Below, one piece after another: positions 24,639 through 34,559 of a DNA stretch of 64,000 bases. The translations under genes were made by a program, and so were the position numbers. The stretch's first letter is position 1, and each line of letters starts with the position of its first letter. Origin of the DNA: Sedimentisphaerales bacterium (GTDB taxonomy: Bacteria > Planctomycetota > Phycisphaerae > Sedimentisphaerales > Anaerobacaceae). The notes beneath the pieces were generated by a model that was given only the letters and a program-made list of their open reading frames with translations, did no database searches and was not told the origin of the DNA. Where the stretch lies: NCBI GenBank assembly GCA_963708075.1, contig OY970194.1, forward strand, positions 6,656,001 to 6,720,000, given 5' to 3'.

Positions 24639-27506
24639 ATGCGTAGTTTGCGAATCATTGCGGTTGGCGCCGTCCTGGCCCTTGGCATCACGTCGATTCC
24701 CGGCCGTATCGCCGCTCAGCAGAATCCCGATCCCCCCGCGGCGGACGGCAAGCCCGTGGAAGTCGTCAAAACCAACGGCGACATGAAGATCAAGCTGAAC
24801 TTCCAGGACACTCCCCTGCAGACCGTGCTGGAGTACCTGTCCGAGACCGCCGGGCTGACCGTTGTCTCCGATGAGCCCATTGCCGACAGCCGCATGACGG
24901 TCATCAGCCGCCAGCCCATCTCGCTCGACCAGGCCGTGGCCCTGATCAACTCGATGTTGAAGGAGAAAAGCCTGACTACCGTGCTCACGGGCAAGACCTT
25001 GAAAGTGGTCACGCTGGCGAACGCGAAGAAGGAGAACATCCCCGTCCTCACGGGCCGGGACCCGAACGCGGTGGTTGCCAGCGACACCGTGGTGACTTAC
25101 ATTGTACCCGTCGGCCACGTGACCGCCGTCGCCCTTGCGGAAAACCTCAAGGCCCTGCTGCCGGAGTACGCTAGTCTCGAAGCCAATGAGGACGGCAACG
25201 CCCTGATCATCACGGACACCACGGCCAATATCAAGCGCCTGATGCAGATCGTCTTGGCCCTGGATACGCACATGGCCTCCGTCGCGGAAATCCGGGTCTT
25301 TCGCCTGGTGAACACCAGCGCCACGAGCGTGGCCAACCTGATCAACAGCGTCTTCCAGCAGCAGACGCTGAGCAGTCGCAGCCGCAACCAGCAGGGGGGC
25401 TTTCGCGGGCCGCTCGAGATGATGATGGACATGAGAGGGGGACCGGACCGGGGACGGGATGACCGCAGCCGGAGCAGTCAGCAGGGCACCGGTGGCAACG
25501 TGAACGTGCAGGTCGTGGCGGCCGCCGACGAGCAGACGAACTCCGTCGTGGTCCGCGGCCCGGCCGAGGCGATGGAACTGGTGACGGGGATCATTGACTC
25601 ACTGGACGATAAATCCGCCAAGGTCGCCGATGTTCGGGTCTTCCAGCTCCGGTATGCAGATGCGACGAACGTGGCCGACGTGATCAACCAGCTCTTCGGC
25701 CAGCAGCAGCAGTCGTCCTCCCGGTCCCGGTCGAGCCGGGGTGGCGGTGGGCAGGATATGCCGGGTCCCATGATGTTCCGGGGTCCATTTGGGACCGGGG
25801 GGGAGGTCGATCAGGCGCAGGGGGCCAGCCTGGTTCAGGTCACCGCCGCGGCCGACAGCCGCACCAACACCGTCGTGGTCACCGGCCCGGAAGCTGTCCT
25901 GCAGGTCGTAGCCGACGTCATCCAGAAGCTGGATGCTCCGCTGGCCAATGTGGCGGACGTGAAAGTCTTCCGCCTGGAATATGCCGATGCCTCAGATACG
26001 TCCGAGCTCATCAACGAGGTCTTCGGTCAAAGCCGCACCAGTTCATCCCGGTCCTCATCGCGCTCAAGCTCTCAACAGAGCTCAATGATCAGTTTCTTCC
26101 GGGGCGGTCCCGGGGGATTCGGGGGGCCGCAAGGCGCCCAAGGCACCCAGAGCACCGCCGCCTCGGATATCGCGGTGGTTGCCTCGGCGGACACGCGCAC
26201 AAACTCGGTCGTGGTCAGCGGTCCACCGGATACGCTGACGGTCATCGCACAGGTTATCAAGGAGCTGGATGAGAACCCGGCGGCAGAGCGACGCATCTTC
26301 GTCTACGCGCTCAAGAACGCCAGTGCCGTGAACCTCATGACGATTCTGAACAACCTCTTCCAGGAGATGCAGGCCCTGAACCAGCAGGTGACCGGCAGCC
26401 GAAGCAGCACGACTGGCGGACAGAGAAACGTAGGCGCCGGCGGGGCCGGTGGTGGCATGGCCGCCGCCGGGGCAGGCGCATCTGCCTCCGGTTCCTCCAC
26501 GGGCGACACCCTCTCCGAAGAGACGTACTTTGAGGCCGATCCGAACACCAACTCGCTGCTATGCATGACCTCCTCGAAGAACTACGACAAGATCAAGCCC
26601 ATCATTGAAGAGTTGGATAAGCCGGTCGGGCAGGTCCTGATCAAGGTCTTGTTCGCCGAGGTCACCCACACCAATAGCGTGGACTGGGGCACCGAGTTCT
26701 CCATGCTGAATCTCCGTAACAGCGGGGGCTCGACCGGAACGGTCCAGGTCTTCGGCCGGCCGGGTACGTTGACCACGCCCGGCGGTCAGCAGGGGCCGGG
26801 GGTCGAAGGGCCGACGGGCTTATCCGTGCGGACCCTGGAGGGAGATCTGGACATCACGATCCATGCCCTTGAGGAGACGGGCCGGCTGAACGTGTTGTCG
26901 CGACCGTACGTCCTGACCCGGAACAACCAGACGGCGACGATCCGGGTGGCGGAAGAAGTCCCGATCCCCAGCGGCGTCAGCCAGGGAAATGCCACCACCC
27001 AAACCAACTTCACCTACCGCGAGGATATCGGTATCGTCTTGGATGTCACGCCGTCCGTCAACCCGGATGGGCTGGTCAACATGACGGTCGTCCCCAGCAT
27101 CACAACCCGCACGGGCGAGACAGTCCAGATTTCCGAGGATCTCTTCCCTGAGGTTTTTGCGACCCGTTCCGCCAGTACGAGAGTGGCGGTCCTCAACGGC
27201 CAGACCATCGTCATCGGCGGCCTCATCGAAGACCAGCTCAAGGATACCGTCAAGAAGGTGCCCATCCTGGGGGATATCCCCCTGGCAGGCATGCTGTTCC
27301 GACGAAGCATCAAGGAGAAGACGAAGACCGAGTTGCTGATCTTCCTGACCCCGATTGTCGCCCAGAAGCCGGAGGAGCTGACCGACATCTCCGCGGCCGA
27401 GCGGGCCCGGAGCAATTTGGAGAAGGACAAACAGACGTCCGAGATTTTCCAAAAGCACATGGATGCCATGGAGAACAAGCCGCTGGAGAACAAGCCAGTC
27501 GAGTGA
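24639..27506 (+). CDS. gspD: Type II secretion secretin GspD
   Basis: LNFQD N0 domain, repeated D.RTN.VVV.G N-domains, QVLIKVLFAEV, GIVLDVTP, GGLI, VPILGDIP..G.LFR and ELLIFLTP. Confidence 0.93.
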   Translation: MRSLRIIAVGAVLALGITSIPGRIAAQQNPDPPAADGKPVEVVKTNGDMKIKLNFQDTPLQTVLEYLSETAGLTVVSDEPIADSRMTVISRQPISLDQAVALINSMLKEKSLTTVLTGKTLKVVTLANAKKENIPVLTGRDPNAVVASDTVVTYIVPVGHVTAVALAENLKALLPEYASLEANEDGNALIITDTTANIKRLMQIVLALDTHMASVAEIRVFRLVNTSATSVANLINSVFQQQTLSSRSRNQQGGFRGPLEMMMDMRGGPDRGRDDRSRSSQQGTGGNVNVQVVAAADEQTNSVVVRGPAEAMELVTGIIDSLDDKSAKVADVRVFQLRYADATNVADVINQLFGQQQQSSSRSRSSRGGGGQDMPGPMMFRGPFGTGGEVDQAQGASLVQVTAAADSRTNTVVVTGPEAVLQVVADVIQKLDAPLANVADVKVFRLEYADASDTSELINEVFGQSRTSSSRSSSRSSSQQSSMISFFRGGPGGFGGPQGAQGTQSTAASDIAVVASADTRTNSVVVSGPPDTLTVIAQVIKELDENPAAERRIFVYALKNASAVNLMTILNNLFQEMQALNQQVTGSRSSTTGGQRNVGAGGAGGGMAAAGAGASASGSSTGDTLSEETYFEADPNTNSLLCMTSSKNYDKIKPIIEELDKPVGQVLIKVLFAEVTHTNSVDWGTEFSMLNLRNSGGSTGTVQVFGRPGTLTTPGGQQGPGVEGPTGLSVRTLEGDLDITIHALEETGRLNVLSRPYVLTRNNQTATIRVAEEVPIPSGVSQGNATTQTNFTYREDIGIVLDVTPSVNPDGLVNMTVVPSITTRTGETVQISEDLFPEVFATRSASTRVAVLNGQTIVIGGLIEDQLKDTVKKVPILGDIPLAGMLFRRSIKEKTKTELLIFLTPIVAQKPEELTDISAAERARSNLEKDKQTSEIFQKHMDAMENKPLENKPVE

Positions 27507-27568
27507 CGCGGGCCAGATCCTTTATTCCGCTGTGCTACGTTCAGGATGACAAACGGCCTCCGGGTGGC

Positions 27569-27646
27569 GGGTGCCATGCTTACGCTTGCGTAAGCATGTC
27601 GTGCCCATTGAATAGGACATGTCTACGCGAGCGTAGACATGGCACC
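27569..27646. repeat. Palindromic doublet element (family B, GGGTGCCATG...CATGGCACCC) interrupted at its right end by the IS
   Basis: Intact copy at 34039-34116, half copy at 43504-43534. Confidence 0.85.
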
Positions 27647-29131
27647 CAACGCCGTGAACTTAAGCGGCCTTGGTCTTTTCGTAAATCCTTTTGGCACAGC
27701 GTTTTTCCTTCTCATTGGCGGGGCGGATTCTCGGTAGGCCCGCGGGAGGATCGTTCTTCTTGTGCGGCCAATGCCGAGCCTGTTTCGGTCCGCTTCGGAC
27801 GTAGGCGTCTTTGACTGCCTTTTGCAGTTGAGCCCGAAGACCGGCTCTTCGAGCAGACCGCCCGAGAGGATGCATGATGCGCCGGACCACCCGCAGCGAT
27901 TCGCATACGCTCCAGCATAGCGGATCCCGCTTGGCCCCGATCAATGCCTCCACGCTCCACAGACCGACTACCAGATACGCCAGCATCGCCCAGTCCAGTT
28001 CCCGCCGGGCCTCCTGCGGACAGCCGCTTCGCATCTTGTGCTGCTCCAGCGTCCGTTTGAACGAGCGATAGAAGACCTCGTGGCCCCACCGCATCCGATA
28101 GAACTGACCGATCTGCCGATCCGTCAGGGCCTGCTCCTCCATCACGCTGGTCACCAGGTACACCGGTGAATGATGCGCCTGCTCGATCCGGATCAGCCGC
28201 AGTTGCAACGGCGGACACTTCGATTGTTTTCGCGTCGGCCACAGCCACACCAACTCGCCCTTGATCTTGACGTGCACATCCGTCAGACCCGTCAGCAGCG
28301 TACGGTTCGAACCCATCCGCACCAGAACCTGCACTCCACGATCTACCAGCGATCGCAGAAGATCAAAACCCGTAAAGCCGGCGTCCGCCACCAGCAAAGA
28401 CCTGCTCGGCAGCAATCCCGCCATCGAGTGCAGGTGCGTCTGCTCCGACTGAATCCCCGCTCCGATCCGCCACGCCCACGGCAGTCCTGTGCCCAGGTGG
28501 TACAGACTGGTCAACGACAACTGCGGCCCCGTCTTCTTGCGACCTGCACAACCGAAGCTCTTTTGGTTCCTGGCGGTCCGGGGGACTTCGATCCGTGTGC
28601 CATCGGCCGAAAAGGCCAACCAGCCGTCCCGCCGCCAGAACGCACCGGCGATGCGACGATGGTGACGCCGAAGGTGGTGTTTGATGGCTTGGCGTTGTTT
28701 GCCATTGATCCTGCGGCGGGCCTTGATGTATCCCTGGTAGGTCCCGCCGGGACGTTTGCGGCCTCGATACATCTCGATCAGCCCCTGGCGGGCGTGAGTG
28801 AACCGATCCTTCAGTGTCCGCGACGGCTCCAACGCCATCAGCACAGACAGGTAGATCACATACTCCAGCGTCCATCGGCCCACACGACAACCGCTCGTGG
28901 ACCCCAGAGCCGCCAGAGCCGAAAAAAGGGGGCCATGAAAATCTGACTCATGGCCGAACGCAACGGCTGCCGATGAAAATGCGTAGAGCCTCTGCTCTCG
29001 ATCTTTCGAGTGTTCATTGGACACCTCCTTGCTTTGTTGTCCGGACAAATACAACATCGGCAAGGAGGCTCTATTCTCTTGCGTTTCCTTCACTTGCGTC
29101 TTCTATAATCCCTGAAGAGTTCACGGCGTTG
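27647..29131 (-). mobile_element. IS4-family insertion sequence (1,485 bp)
   Basis: Perfect 14-bp TIRs CAACGCCGTGAACT (27647-27660) and AGTTCACGGCGTTG (29118-29131); 9-bp DR CATGGCACC at 27638-27646 and 29132-29140. Confidence 0.93.
27660..29093 (-). CDS. IS4-family DDE transposase
   Basis: SADGT, VADAGF and YRMRWGHEVFYRSFK (YREK signature). The best RBS (AAGGAGGT) precedes an out-of-frame ATG at 29017. Confidence 0.92.
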   Translation of the reverse strand: MKETQENRASLPMLYLSGQQSKEVSNEHSKDREQRLYAFSSAAVAFGHESDFHGPLFSALAALGSTSGCRVGRWTLEYVIYLSVLMALEPSRTLKDRFTHARQGLIEMYRGRKRPGGTYQGYIKARRRINGKQRQAIKHHLRRHHRRIAGAFWRRDGWLAFSADGTRIEVPRTARNQKSFGCAGRKKTGPQLSLTSLYHLGTGLPWAWRIGAGIQSEQTHLHSMAGLLPSRSLLVADAGFTGFDLLRSLVDRGVQVLVRMGSNRTLLTGLTDVHVKIKGELVWLWPTRKQSKCPPLQLRLIRIEQAHHSPVYLVTSVMEEQALTDRQIGQFYRMRWGHEVFYRSFKRTLEQHKMRSGCPQEARRELDWAMLAYLVVGLWSVEALIGAKRDPLCWSVCESLRVVRRIMHPLGRSARRAGLRAQLQKAVKDAYVRSGPKQARHWPHKKNDPPAGLPRIRPANEKEKRCAKRIYEKTKAA

Positions 29132-29155
29132 CATGGCACCCGGCCGGCGGATCTC

Positions 29156-30226
29156 TCAGGCGAGGTGCTTGCGGAACCAGTCGCGGGTGCGGCGCCACAT
29201 TTCCTCGGACAGGACGTGGCCGGCGCCGTTCTCGATATAGTGGGTGAAGCGGTCGGCCGCCCCAGCCTGCTCGTAGGCCCGGGCGATGGTCGTGATGCCC
29301 TCGCGGACTTCCTGGATGGGGCTGCCGTCATCGAGCTCGCCAAAGTTCAGGTGCAGCGCGCGGGGGGCGATCAGGCCCGCGATGTCCGGCGTGTCGCCGT
29401 ACTGGAACCAGCCCGGAATGAAATTCGGGAAGCAGTGCAGGATGTGCGTGCGATGGATGGCTGCGTACGTCGGCAGGCAACAGTTGCCAACCAGGCAGAC
29501 CAGCCGCGGCTCCCAGGGGCCGACCAGCCAGGTGTGGGTCGCGCCCATCGAATGGCCGTAGCAGCCGATGCGGTCGGCTTTGACCTCCGGCCGCGAGCAG
29601 AGGTAGTCCACCGCCCGGCGCATATCGAGGATGTTCTTCCAGGCCATGCACTTGCCGGCCACTACGTAGCGGAGAAACTCGCATCGCTCGAAGTCGCCGC
29701 CGCGCAGATCCTTGCTTTGTCGTTCTTCGAAGCAAAGTGCGTCGGGGCAGAGCACCACGTATCCCTCTTTGACCAGCGCAACGCCGGTATGATGCATTGG
29801 GTTGCCTGCCAGTCCCGCCGGTTCTGTTTTGCCCAGGTGGTACTCGCCATTGTGCTGATGCCAGACTGCCACGGCGGGGGCAGGGTGATTCGCATCGACG
29901 CCGTCGGGCACCAGAAGCATCGCCGGCACGCGGTCACCCGGCTCGACCTCATAGGTCACGGACTCGATGCGGTACCCTTCCTTGCGGATCGTCTCGCGAG
30001 CCACCGGCCGCAAGTCGCACGGCTGCGGCCACGGCCCGCCCAGGCACTCCAACAACTTCTTTCGCAGGTCTTCAGCTCTTGTCACGTCGTTTCCTCCACG
30101 GGCGATCCCGGCGGGACCGGCCAGGCCGACAGCCATCGCTACCCCGGCCACTGACCCCGCCAGAAAATCACGTCGCGCGATCCCGCCCTGGTTCCCCTTG
30201 TCTTCTGGGCACATATCTTCACTCAT
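29156..30226 (-). CDS. Tat-exported alpha/beta hydrolase (dienelactone hydrolase / Abhydrolase_7-like)
   Basis: ARRDFL Tat motif, GCYGHSMG, LIAPR and GAGH. Confidence 0.85.
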   Translation of the reverse strand: MSEDMCPEDKGNQGGIARRDFLAGSVAGVAMAVGLAGPAGIARGGNDVTRAEDLRKKLLECLGGPWPQPCDLRPVARETIRKEGYRIESVTYEVEPGDRVPAMLLVPDGVDANHPAPAVAVWHQHNGEYHLGKTEPAGLAGNPMHHTGVALVKEGYVVLCPDALCFEERQSKDLRGGDFERCEFLRYVVAGKCMAWKNILDMRRAVDYLCSRPEVKADRIGCYGHSMGATHTWLVGPWEPRLVCLVGNCCLPTYAAIHRTHILHCFPNFIPGWFQYGDTPDIAGLIAPRALHLNFGELDDGSPIQEVREGITTIARAYEQAGAADRFTHYIENGAGHVLSEEMWRRTRDWFRKHLA

Positions 30227-30246
30227 ACTATGACATCATGATGGAT

Positions 30247-31494
30247 TCAGCGTTCCGAGGCGAGCTTTCTAAGGACGGCCCTGGCTTGGTCGTACTGTTT
30301 GAACGCCCGCTCCTCTTTCGCAAATTCCGTGGTATGGGCGGCTATCCGGTTGCTCTTCCAGGTGATGCCCAGTTGCTTGTGCAGGAGCTCGTGGTAGATG
30401 ATGAAGTCAACCGCGAACTCCGGCACGGTTTTCCTGTCCAGCACCGCGTTCACCATGACGGTATCGTGCGCGTGGTCATAGTGGCCGTATTTGCGCACCG
30501 CGAAGCTCCGGCTCCAGACGAGATGGGGCCGGCGCATAGCGCCGCTGAAATAGGCGGCATTGACGCGGTCGAAGGATGCGGCCAGGTCGTGGCACATGCC
30601 TCGTGTCTGCGCTACCACGCCGCCGAGCGACTCGAGCGCCGAGGCAATCTTCCGGTAGGGCTCGCTGCCCGCGGCATCGTGTACGGCTTTTCGATCGCCT
30701 CCCTTCTTGAACGCGATCCGGGCCACGGACCGCAAGAGATCCTCGTCGAAGCAGATCGCCGGAGTCGGCAACTGCACCAGGGCCCAACTGGAATAGCCGC
30801 AGATGTGGTACATCCCGTGCATTGGGCGGAAGTGGACCAGAATCTCGAAGGACGTCTTTGCGGACCACTGCGACGCTTCGCGGAAAGCAGGCTCCGCCCT
30901 CCGGACGGCGGCACAGTACGCATCGAAATTCTCCCGCTGGGAGAAATAGGCCAGCCAGCCACGCATCTCCCTCGCCGGCCTCTTGAGCTGCTCCGGCCGG
31001 ATATTCTGCGCCCGAATCTCCTCCTCGATGCTCGCGCTGTCGGACGCGATCGTTTCATAAACCTCCTCCGGCGGCTCGTCGCGCTCCCCCGTGGCGAGGC
31101 CGGCCTGGCCTTGTTTTCGAGGGACGGAATGCCTTCGTCCCGGCCGCTGAACTGCCTGGGCCAGCCGGTGCAGAAGGTTGTCGAAGTGACGCTGGAGGCC
31201 GCGAAACGACACGCTGTCCGGCGGGAAGCTGCTCGCCGACGATGTGTCCTCCGTGGCGACGGTGCTGAGGTCCAGACCCTTGAGGAACTGGTAGGCTTTG
31301 CGCGACGGCAAAGGCAGGCTCTGCACCCGGACGCCTTTGTCCCTCGCGATCTGCTCGATGCCCCCGACGTTCTCGTCGATCTCGCTTCGAAGCTGCGTCA
31401 GCCGCTCGGCCGAGATCGGCCCGGCCAGCTCCTGCCTGACCTGCTTCGCAAATTTCACCAGCCCGGAGATACGGAGTCTTCTCATGAAATCCAC
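30247..31494 (-). CDS. SprT/YgjP-like zinc metalloprotease domain protein with a long N-terminal extension
   Basis: FDRVNAAYF, YGHYD, IIYHELLH and AHT.EF...E..F. Confidence 0.75.
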   Translation of the reverse strand: MDFMRRLRISGLVKFAKQVRQELAGPISAERLTQLRSEIDENVGGIEQIARDKGVRVQSLPLPSRKAYQFLKGLDLSTVATEDTSSASSFPPDSVSFRGLQRHFDNLLHRLAQAVQRPGRRHSVPRKQGQAGLATGERDEPPEEVYETIASDSASIEEEIRAQNIRPEQLKRPAREMRGWLAYFSQRENFDAYCAAVRRAEPAFREASQWSAKTSFEILVHFRPMHGMYHICGYSSWALVQLPTPAICFDEDLLRSVARIAFKKGGDRKAVHDAAGSEPYRKIASALESLGGVVAQTRGMCHDLAASFDRVNAAYFSGAMRRPHLVWSRSFAVRKYGHYDHAHDTVMVNAVLDRKTVPEFAVDFIIYHELLHKQLGITWKSNRIAAHTTEFAKEERAFKQYDQARAVLRKLASER

Positions 31495-31626
31495 TGCTAC
31501 CGATTGCGGGACGTTCTGTCAATATCGTGCGAATGCAATTGTTGAATCGTGGAGGTCCGGGTGATAGCATGAGCGGTCGAATGTCACGTATTTTCGCAGA
31601 ACCTGGCTTTCGGAAAGGGGCATGAG

Positions 31627-32520
31627 ATGAGTCACGTGCAGAAGAGTTCGGGCACGGGTCGCGTTTCGCGGCGCGACGTGCTTACGGGGGTGGCGGTGGC
31701 GGTCGGTGCGGCGGCGTTACCCGGCATCGTGCGCGGGCAGACCGGGAAGATTGTCAAGAATGGGCGGATCAAGCAGTCTATCTGCGGCGGGTGTCTGTCG
31801 AAAGCCAAGATGGACCGGGAGCAGACGGCCAAGCTGCTGGTCGAGATGGGGCTGCTCGGGCGGGACCTTGTGGGGCCGGATGAGTGGCCTGTCCTCAAGA
31901 AGTACGGCCTCGTGGCGACGATGGTGCCGGGGGCGGGCTCGATCAAGAAGGGCCTTAACGATAAGTCCATGCACGCCAAGTTCATGGAGGATTTCAAGAC
32001 AAACATCAAGGCCGCGGCCGAGTACAAGTGGCCCAATGCCATCTGCATGGCCGGCGACCGCGCGGGCATCAGCGACGCCGAGGGCATGGACAACTGCCAG
32101 GTGATTCTCAAGGAGGCGGTGAAGATCGCCGAGGACTCCGGCGTGACCCTCTGCATGGAGCTGCTCAACAGCAAGGTCAACCACGCCGGCTACATGTGCG
32201 ACAAATCGGAATGGGGCTTCGAGCTGTGCCGCCGCGTGGGCTCGCCGCGATTCAAGCTGCTCTACGACATCTACCACATGCAGATCATGGAAGGCGACCT
32301 GATCGCCACGATCAAGAAGAACATCCAGTACATCGGCCACTTCCACACCGCCGGCGTTCCCGGCCGCCACGAGCTCGACGAGAACCAGGAAATCTACTAC
32401 CCCGCGGTGATGCGGGCGATTGTCGACAGCGGCTACCAGGGCTACGTCGCCCACGAGTACTCGCCCGTGCGCGACCCCATCGAGTCGCTCGTGCAGGCCG
32501 TGAAGGCGTGCGACGTTTAG
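31627..32520 (+). CDS. Tat-exported hydroxypyruvate isomerase-like TIM-barrel protein
   Basis: SRRDVL, ELLNSKVNH.GY, LLYDIYHMQIMEG, HFHTAGVPGRHE and GYVAHEY. Confidence 0.88.
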   Translation: MSHVQKSSGTGRVSRRDVLTGVAVAVGAAALPGIVRGQTGKIVKNGRIKQSICGGCLSKAKMDREQTAKLLVEMGLLGRDLVGPDEWPVLKKYGLVATMVPGAGSIKKGLNDKSMHAKFMEDFKTNIKAAAEYKWPNAICMAGDRAGISDAEGMDNCQVILKEAVKIAEDSGVTLCMELLNSKVNHAGYMCDKSEWGFELCRRVGSPRFKLLYDIYHMQIMEGDLIATIKKNIQYIGHFHTAGVPGRHELDENQEIYYPAVMRAIVDSGYQGYVAHEYSPVRDPIESLVQAVKACDV

Positions 32521-32544
32521 AGACAAGGCTCAAGTGTGAAGCAT

Positions 32545-32618
32545 GTAGGGTGGGTTCTCAACCCACGCGTGAGTCGCGCGTCGATTCAACAGACGCGTGG
32601 GTCAAGGACCCACCCTAC
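32545..32618. repeat. GTAG-type REP doublet (REPIN-like, family A2)
   Basis: GTAGGGTGGGTTCTCAACCCACGCG...CGCGTGGGTCAAGGACCCACCCTAC; second copy at 34122-34195 with a different spacer. Confidence 0.88.
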
Positions 32619-32630
32619 GAGGAGAATGCG

Positions 32631-33950
32631 ATGGCAACTCATTTGAACGATTACTCGCGAAGAGATTTCATGAAGACCTCGGCAACGGCTATGGCCTCTC
32701 TGTCGGCCTTGCCTCTGGGCTTTTCGAGCAGGGCGTATGCCGGTGGGTCTGACCGGGTCCGGGTCGGCGTTATCGGCTTTGGCGGCCGGGGCTCCGGCGC
32801 TGTGACGGATTGCCTCGCCGCGGACGACGGCGTCGAGATCGTGGCGATCGCCGATGCCTTCCAGGACCGCATCGATGGCAGTCTGTCGAAGGTCAAGGAG
32901 TGGTGCGAGAAGAATGGCAAGCCCTTTGCCCAGAGGGTCAAAGCCGCGCCGGACACCACGTTCCTGGGATTTGACGGTTACAAGAAGCTGTTGGCGCTGA
33001 AAGACGTGGACCTCGTTCTGATCGCCACGTGCGCGAATTTCCATCCCGTGCATCTGGAGGCGGCGATCCAGGCGGGCAAGCATGCGTTCGTGGAGAAGCC
33101 CGCCGGCGTCGATCCGCCCGGCATGCGCAAGATCATCGAGGCCGGCGAACTGGCCAAACAGAAAAAGCTGGCGATTGTGGCCGGCACCCAGAGGCGGCAT
33201 CAGGCGAAGTATCGCCAGAACGCACACGCCGTCGCGCAAGGCGCGATCGGCCGGGTAACGGGTGGTCGCGTCTGGTGGTGTGGCGGGGGCAGCGCCAGAC
33301 CCATGCGGCGCGAGAGCGGCTGGAGCGACGCCGAGTACATGATCCGCAACTGGTACCGGTTCAGCCAGACCTCCGGCGACCACATTGTCGAGCAGCATGT
33401 CCACAATCTCGATGTCGTCAATTGGTTTATCGGCCGGCCGCCCGTGCTGGCCCTGGGCTTCGGTGGACGAGCCCGCCGACAGGGGGGAAACCAGTACGAC
33501 TTCTTCAGCGTCGATCTCGACTACGGCGAAGACGTGATCGTGCACAGCATGTGCCGCCAGGTCAACGGCTGCTTCACCCGCGTCAGCGAGCAGTTCATCG
33601 GCACCGAGGGCTCCGTCTGGGGCGATGGCAAACTCCAGGGCAAGCAGGTCCCCGTCCCCGAGTTCGAGGAGAAGGGCGGTCCCTACGTCCAGGAGCATCG
33701 CGACCTGATCCGGAGCATCCGCGCCGGCGAGCCGCTCAACGAGGCCCGGAACGTGGCGGAATCCACTCTGGTGGCGATCATGAGCCGGATTTCAGCATAC
33801 ACCGGCCAGGTTGTCCGGTGGTCGGACCTGACCAGCAACAGCAGTAGCCAGTGGTACAATCTCACGCTTACACCCACGGCCGGGGACTTCGAGAGCGGGA
33901 CGGTCACAGCCCCGCCGGAGAATGTGATCCCTCTGCCCGGCCAGGCGTGA
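32631..33950 (+). CDS. Tat-exported Gfo/Idh/MocA oxidoreductase
   Basis: SRRDFMK, GVIGFGGRG, FVEKP, GTQRRH and GDHIVEQHVHNLD. Confidence 0.92.
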   Translation: MATHLNDYSRRDFMKTSATAMASLSALPLGFSSRAYAGGSDRVRVGVIGFGGRGSGAVTDCLAADDGVEIVAIADAFQDRIDGSLSKVKEWCEKNGKPFAQRVKAAPDTTFLGFDGYKKLLALKDVDLVLIATCANFHPVHLEAAIQAGKHAFVEKPAGVDPPGMRKIIEAGELAKQKKLAIVAGTQRRHQAKYRQNAHAVAQGAIGRVTGGRVWWCGGGSARPMRRESGWSDAEYMIRNWYRFSQTSGDHIVEQHVHNLDVVNWFIGRPPVLALGFGGRARRQGGNQYDFFSVDLDYGEDVIVHSMCRQVNGCFTRVSEQFIGTEGSVWGDGKLQGKQVPVPEFEEKGGPYVQEHRDLIRSIRAGEPLNEARNVAESTLVAIMSRISAYTGQVVRWSDLTSNSSSQWYNLTLTPTAGDFESGTVTAPPENVIPLPGQA

Positions 33951-34038
33951 GGGTCCGCGCCCAGACCGAAGGCTTAACCGATGACGAACGTCAAACCATC
34001 GGCTTGGTGAGTCTTGACGAACAACTTCCGAGATCCGC

Positions 34039-34195
34039 GGGTGCCATGCTTACGCTTGCGTAAGCATGCTCTGCTCATCTGATAGGCATGTCTACGCAAG
34101 CATAGACATGGCACCCGGCGCGTAGGGTGGGTTCTCAACCCACGCGTCAAGAACGTTTCGCTTGAGTGACCGCGTGGGTCAAGGACCCACCCTAC
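34039..34195. repeat. Composite of a family B element (34039-34116) and a family A2 REP doublet (34122-34195)
   Basis: Direct comparison with the copies at 27569 and 32545. Confidence 0.88.
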
Positions 34196-34365
34196 GAGGA
34201 GCGGCCGAAGGCCATCTTCATTCTTCTGTAGCGCACCGACGGGCCGTGGATGGCTCCGCTTGATGATGCCAACCTGAGACCCAAATCCTGCTCTGCCACA
34301 ATCCTGTCGTGCAGCCGCCGGAGTCGCTCAACGCAAAATTTCGCAAAAAAATTGTCACGAGAGAC

Positions 34366-34394
34366 TTGACAAGCTTCTAACCGCTATCTACACT
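34366..34394 (+). promoter_or_regulatory. Sigma70-type promoter
   Basis: TTGACA-N17-TACACT with an A-rich UP-like tract upstream. Confidence 0.7.
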
Positions 34395-34559
34395 CGCCTT
34401 TGATAGCAGTTTTGACAAATGGGGTGGATTCATTTAAGCCAGCGCAGTCTTCGGGAGTGAGGATCAGCACGAACATAAGGCAATGAGTGGTCGAACGGTT
34501 TTGTGACTTCGGCCCGTTGCCGCACTGCGCGGGGCTCCGTAATTTGGGAGGGGTAGAAC

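Noticed and set aside
14732..27506. Cluster as a type IV pilus system, or as incomplete because gspO is absent
   Set aside because: The GspG signature and a GspK homolog indicate T2SS and there is no PilT. Prepilin peptidases are often encoded elsewhere.
27561..27571. CGGGTGGCGGG matching the 3' end of tRNA-Gly as an att site of an island spanning 27.5-41 kb
   Set aside because: It is only 11 bp of GC-rich sequence, overlaps a repeat terminus, and there is no integrase.
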